A stretch of 63,999 bases of DNA, the filler included, from Folioceros fuciformis (lineage: Eukaryota), in the NCBI GenBank assembly GCA_049999805.1. It is 5 parts of 4 records of this genome, joined end to end, with 100 filler letters (N's around TTAATTAATTAA, not from the genome) between each part and the next. Parts side by side here need not be neighbours in the genome. Positions count along the whole stretch, not along the records: positions 49,138 to 61,883 come from JBNGIO010006012.1; positions 61,984 to 63,999 come from JBNGIO010006041.1; 3 more parts are not named here. One strand, given 5' to 3'. A program made the position numbers and the translations under genes. Below are positions 61,721 through 63,999 of this stretch, one piece after another (positions within the stretch are counted from its first letter, which is position 1; the number at the start of each line of letters is the position of its first letter). The notes under the pieces are model-generated. The model was not told the origin of the DNA and ran no database searches. It was given only the letters and a program-made list of their open reading frames with translations.

Positions 61721-62190
61721 CTAGTGTTGATAATGATTAAAGGGTTTGTGCTATTAAGATAAGATATGTAGAGTTATGTTTAGAATATTTAAGTGACGTT
61801 ACATAAGAGTCACGTCTTAAGTGAACAACTACAACATTTCAGTTAGTTTAAGTTGAGTTTCATGTTTTATAAACTAAGTCTCTNNNNNNNNNNNNNNNNN
61901 NNNNNNNNNNNNNNNNNNNNNNNNNNNTTAATTAATTAANNNNNNNNNNNNNNNNNNNNNNNNNNNNNNNNNNNNNNNNNNNNTGAGCCTAGCCGCTATA
62001 AGGCATGGGGCGTAAACAAGAGCTACAAGAACAGCGAACTTGTACAGAGCTGACTTCAAATTGTCCCGCTCCATTGGGAGCCTATGCCACATAGGGTACA
62101 CACACACGCTCAAGCAAGAAGCCCAGCTGAACTCATAGTCTCCACAGGCTACTCGCGAAGGAGAAGACTGACCGACCCATAATAATCAAC

Positions 62191-62398
62191 AAGTGGGAGT
62201 GATGAGAATAGGTGCTGATTTATTAGGGTTCAGTAATGTTAGCATTTACGGTATGTGTGTACAGGGTTATTATGATTATCATTTTATTACCCCTTCATTA
62301 AGAGTCATGTCCTTAGTGTAAGGTTATGTCTCTTCACAACAACTTAAGTTGAGTGAGCCACTTTCACAAAGTGCTCTTATTGTAATATTCTCTTATCA
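62191..62398 (+). repeat. PPT plus ~200 bp Copia-like LTR
   Basis: AAGTGGGAG, then TGATGAGAATA...ATTCTCTTATCA; shares TAAGAGTCA and TTAAGTTGAG with the LTR-like end at 61725-61883. Confidence 0.55.
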
Positions 62399-62981
62399 AT
62401 AATATAGTTGTTTATTATAGAAATTGGTCTACACCAATCCAATCCAATATATGTCAGTGCCTTCGCTCTGATCGCCCGTCTTTCGCTCACGTCCCATCCA
62501 CCACTTCTACTTCTCGACTCCTCGGTTTCGTTCCTTTTCAAAAGCACCCTTGGACCCTCCTGGTCCTTACTTGGGGTTTTCCTCTACCCGGCCGTTTTGG
62601 TTCAGCTACCCATCGGAGCTCCACCACCAATTGTCTCCTCCATGATGGTGGTTCACCTTCCCGCACCGTTGCTAAGTCACGACTTCCTTATTTTCTAGCC
62701 TAAGTCCACGACCTTCCTCGCNNNNNNNNNNNNNNNNNNNNNNNNNNNNNNNNNNNNNNNNNNNNNNNNNNNNNNNNNNNNNNNNNNNNNNNNNNNNNNN
62801 NNNNNNNNNNNNNNNNNNNNNGTCCGGCTATTGGTCTACCTTGAAACTTCATGGTCCAAGGAGGTCTTGTGTATGTATACCCCTGCTTATTCTCAACTTA
62901 AGCCGCTTTCTCCTTTAGTTCACAAAAGAAAACCAGATCTAACACTTGGGAAGGGGGTTCTCAAATATTTTTTCCTCTACA

Positions 62982-63446
62982 AGCCCTCACTCACGGTAGT
63001 GTCAATCGAGAGACCTCACTCACGGCATTGCCAATCGGTCAGGGCAATGCCAATCGGGAGCCCTCACTCATGGCAGTGCCAATGGGGAGCCCTCACTCAT
63101 GGCAGTGCCAATGGGGAGCCCTCACTCATGGCAGTGCCAATCGGGAGCCCTCACTCATGGCAGTGCCAATCGGGAGTCCTCACTCAGGGCAGTGCCAATC
63201 GGGAGTCCTCACACACGGTAGTGGCAATTGGGAGCCCTGACTCACGGTAGTGTCAATCGAGAGCCCTCACTTACGGCAATGCTAATCGGGAGCCCTCACT
63301 CACGGCACTGCCAATCGGGAGCTCTTACTCATGGCGGTGCCAATCGGGAGTCCTCACTCACGGCGGTGCCAATCGGGAGTCCTCACTCACGGCAGTGGCA
63401 ATTGGAAGCCCTCACTCACGGTAGTGTCAATCAGGAGCCCTCACTC
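62982..63446. repeat. 29 bp minisatellite, ~16 copies
   Basis: GGGAGCCCTCACTCATGGCAGTGCCAATC repeated head-to-tail without spacers. Confidence 0.95.
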
Positions 63447-63999
63447 GGTCCCTTTTATCCACAAACAGGTTAGAGGTAGAGAAAAAAATTTCCTATACAG
63501 TATATATAGGTAGATTAGATGACGTGGTGAGGATAAATAGAGAAATATTCCGTTGATGTAATGGTATATTTTAATATAAAATATGTATTAAAAAATGAAT
63601 GTGTAATCCTATCCGTATCGGTATTCCATAGGCATGCACTTAAGGTTGACAAGCCTTAAATGAAATTCTTGTTTTTCTTATGGCGGGTGATAAGCAATTA
63701 ACTGTTTTGTATATCTAAAGTGAAACATAAAGTTACTACCTAATATCCGTCACATGGTCGAGTGGTCTGAAGAACCAGTCCGACAGGTCGCCCAAAGGTA
63801 TTATAGGACGGCTCACCCCTTCAAGCAGGACGGCTCACGGTTCACCCATTCAGGCTGCTGTGGTCATACATGCGTATGTACAGGGTACCCGGCCGGGGAT
63901 CCGCCTAGACGAGACTTTTGTTAGAGTCATCTTCCGACAGCGGTCCCTGAACGATGGCCACAGTTTGGCAACCGGACCTGTTGTGGACCCAACAAATTG

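Noticed and set aside
7865-61983. Recurrent TTAATTAATTAA motif and apparent clustering of DCL1, PRMT7 and a DNMT element as an 'epigenetic locus'
   Set aside because: The motif is an artificial spacer within N runs; the genes lie on different contigs, so the linkage is not supported.
62982-63446. CRISPR-like array
   Set aside because: 29-bp units are head-to-tail with no unique spacers, there are no cas genes, and the context is eukaryotic; it is a minisatellite and its ORFs are repeat artefacts.

Overview
Eukaryotic land-plant nuclear DNA. The compact genes, mostly ~80-130 bp introns, nuclear ndhM and a DCL1 lacking the miR162 site suggest a seed-free plant, possibly a hornwort (inference only). 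The window is five separate contigs joined by artificial N+TTAATTAATTAA+N linkers (7865-7964, 32665-32764, 49038-49137, 61884-61983), so adjacency across linkers is not biological. Contig 1 is a four-layer LTR-retrotransposon nest. Contig 2 has ndhM exon 1, DCL1, PRMT7, an ABCD-type transporter and an intronless proline-rich receptor-like pseudokinase. Contig 3 has an AT-rich duplicated orphan-ORF block, an ASCH-domain gene, intronless RPL13, a NUFIP1/CCCH gene and a plastid-type DnaJ gene. Contigs 4-5 are retroelements and a minisatellite. The main finding is a near-complete, young Ty3/Gypsy element (49138-58831, minus strand). Its single reading frame is Gag-2xCCHC-protease-DNMT3-like cytosine methyltransferase-RT-RNase H-integrase-PHD finger. 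It has no tRNA PBS; instead an 18-bp LTR/PBS complementarity gives a Tf1-type self-priming signature, and a 16-bp palindrome sits where the PPT should be. Second is a pre-miRNA-like hairpin in intron 7 of DCL1.
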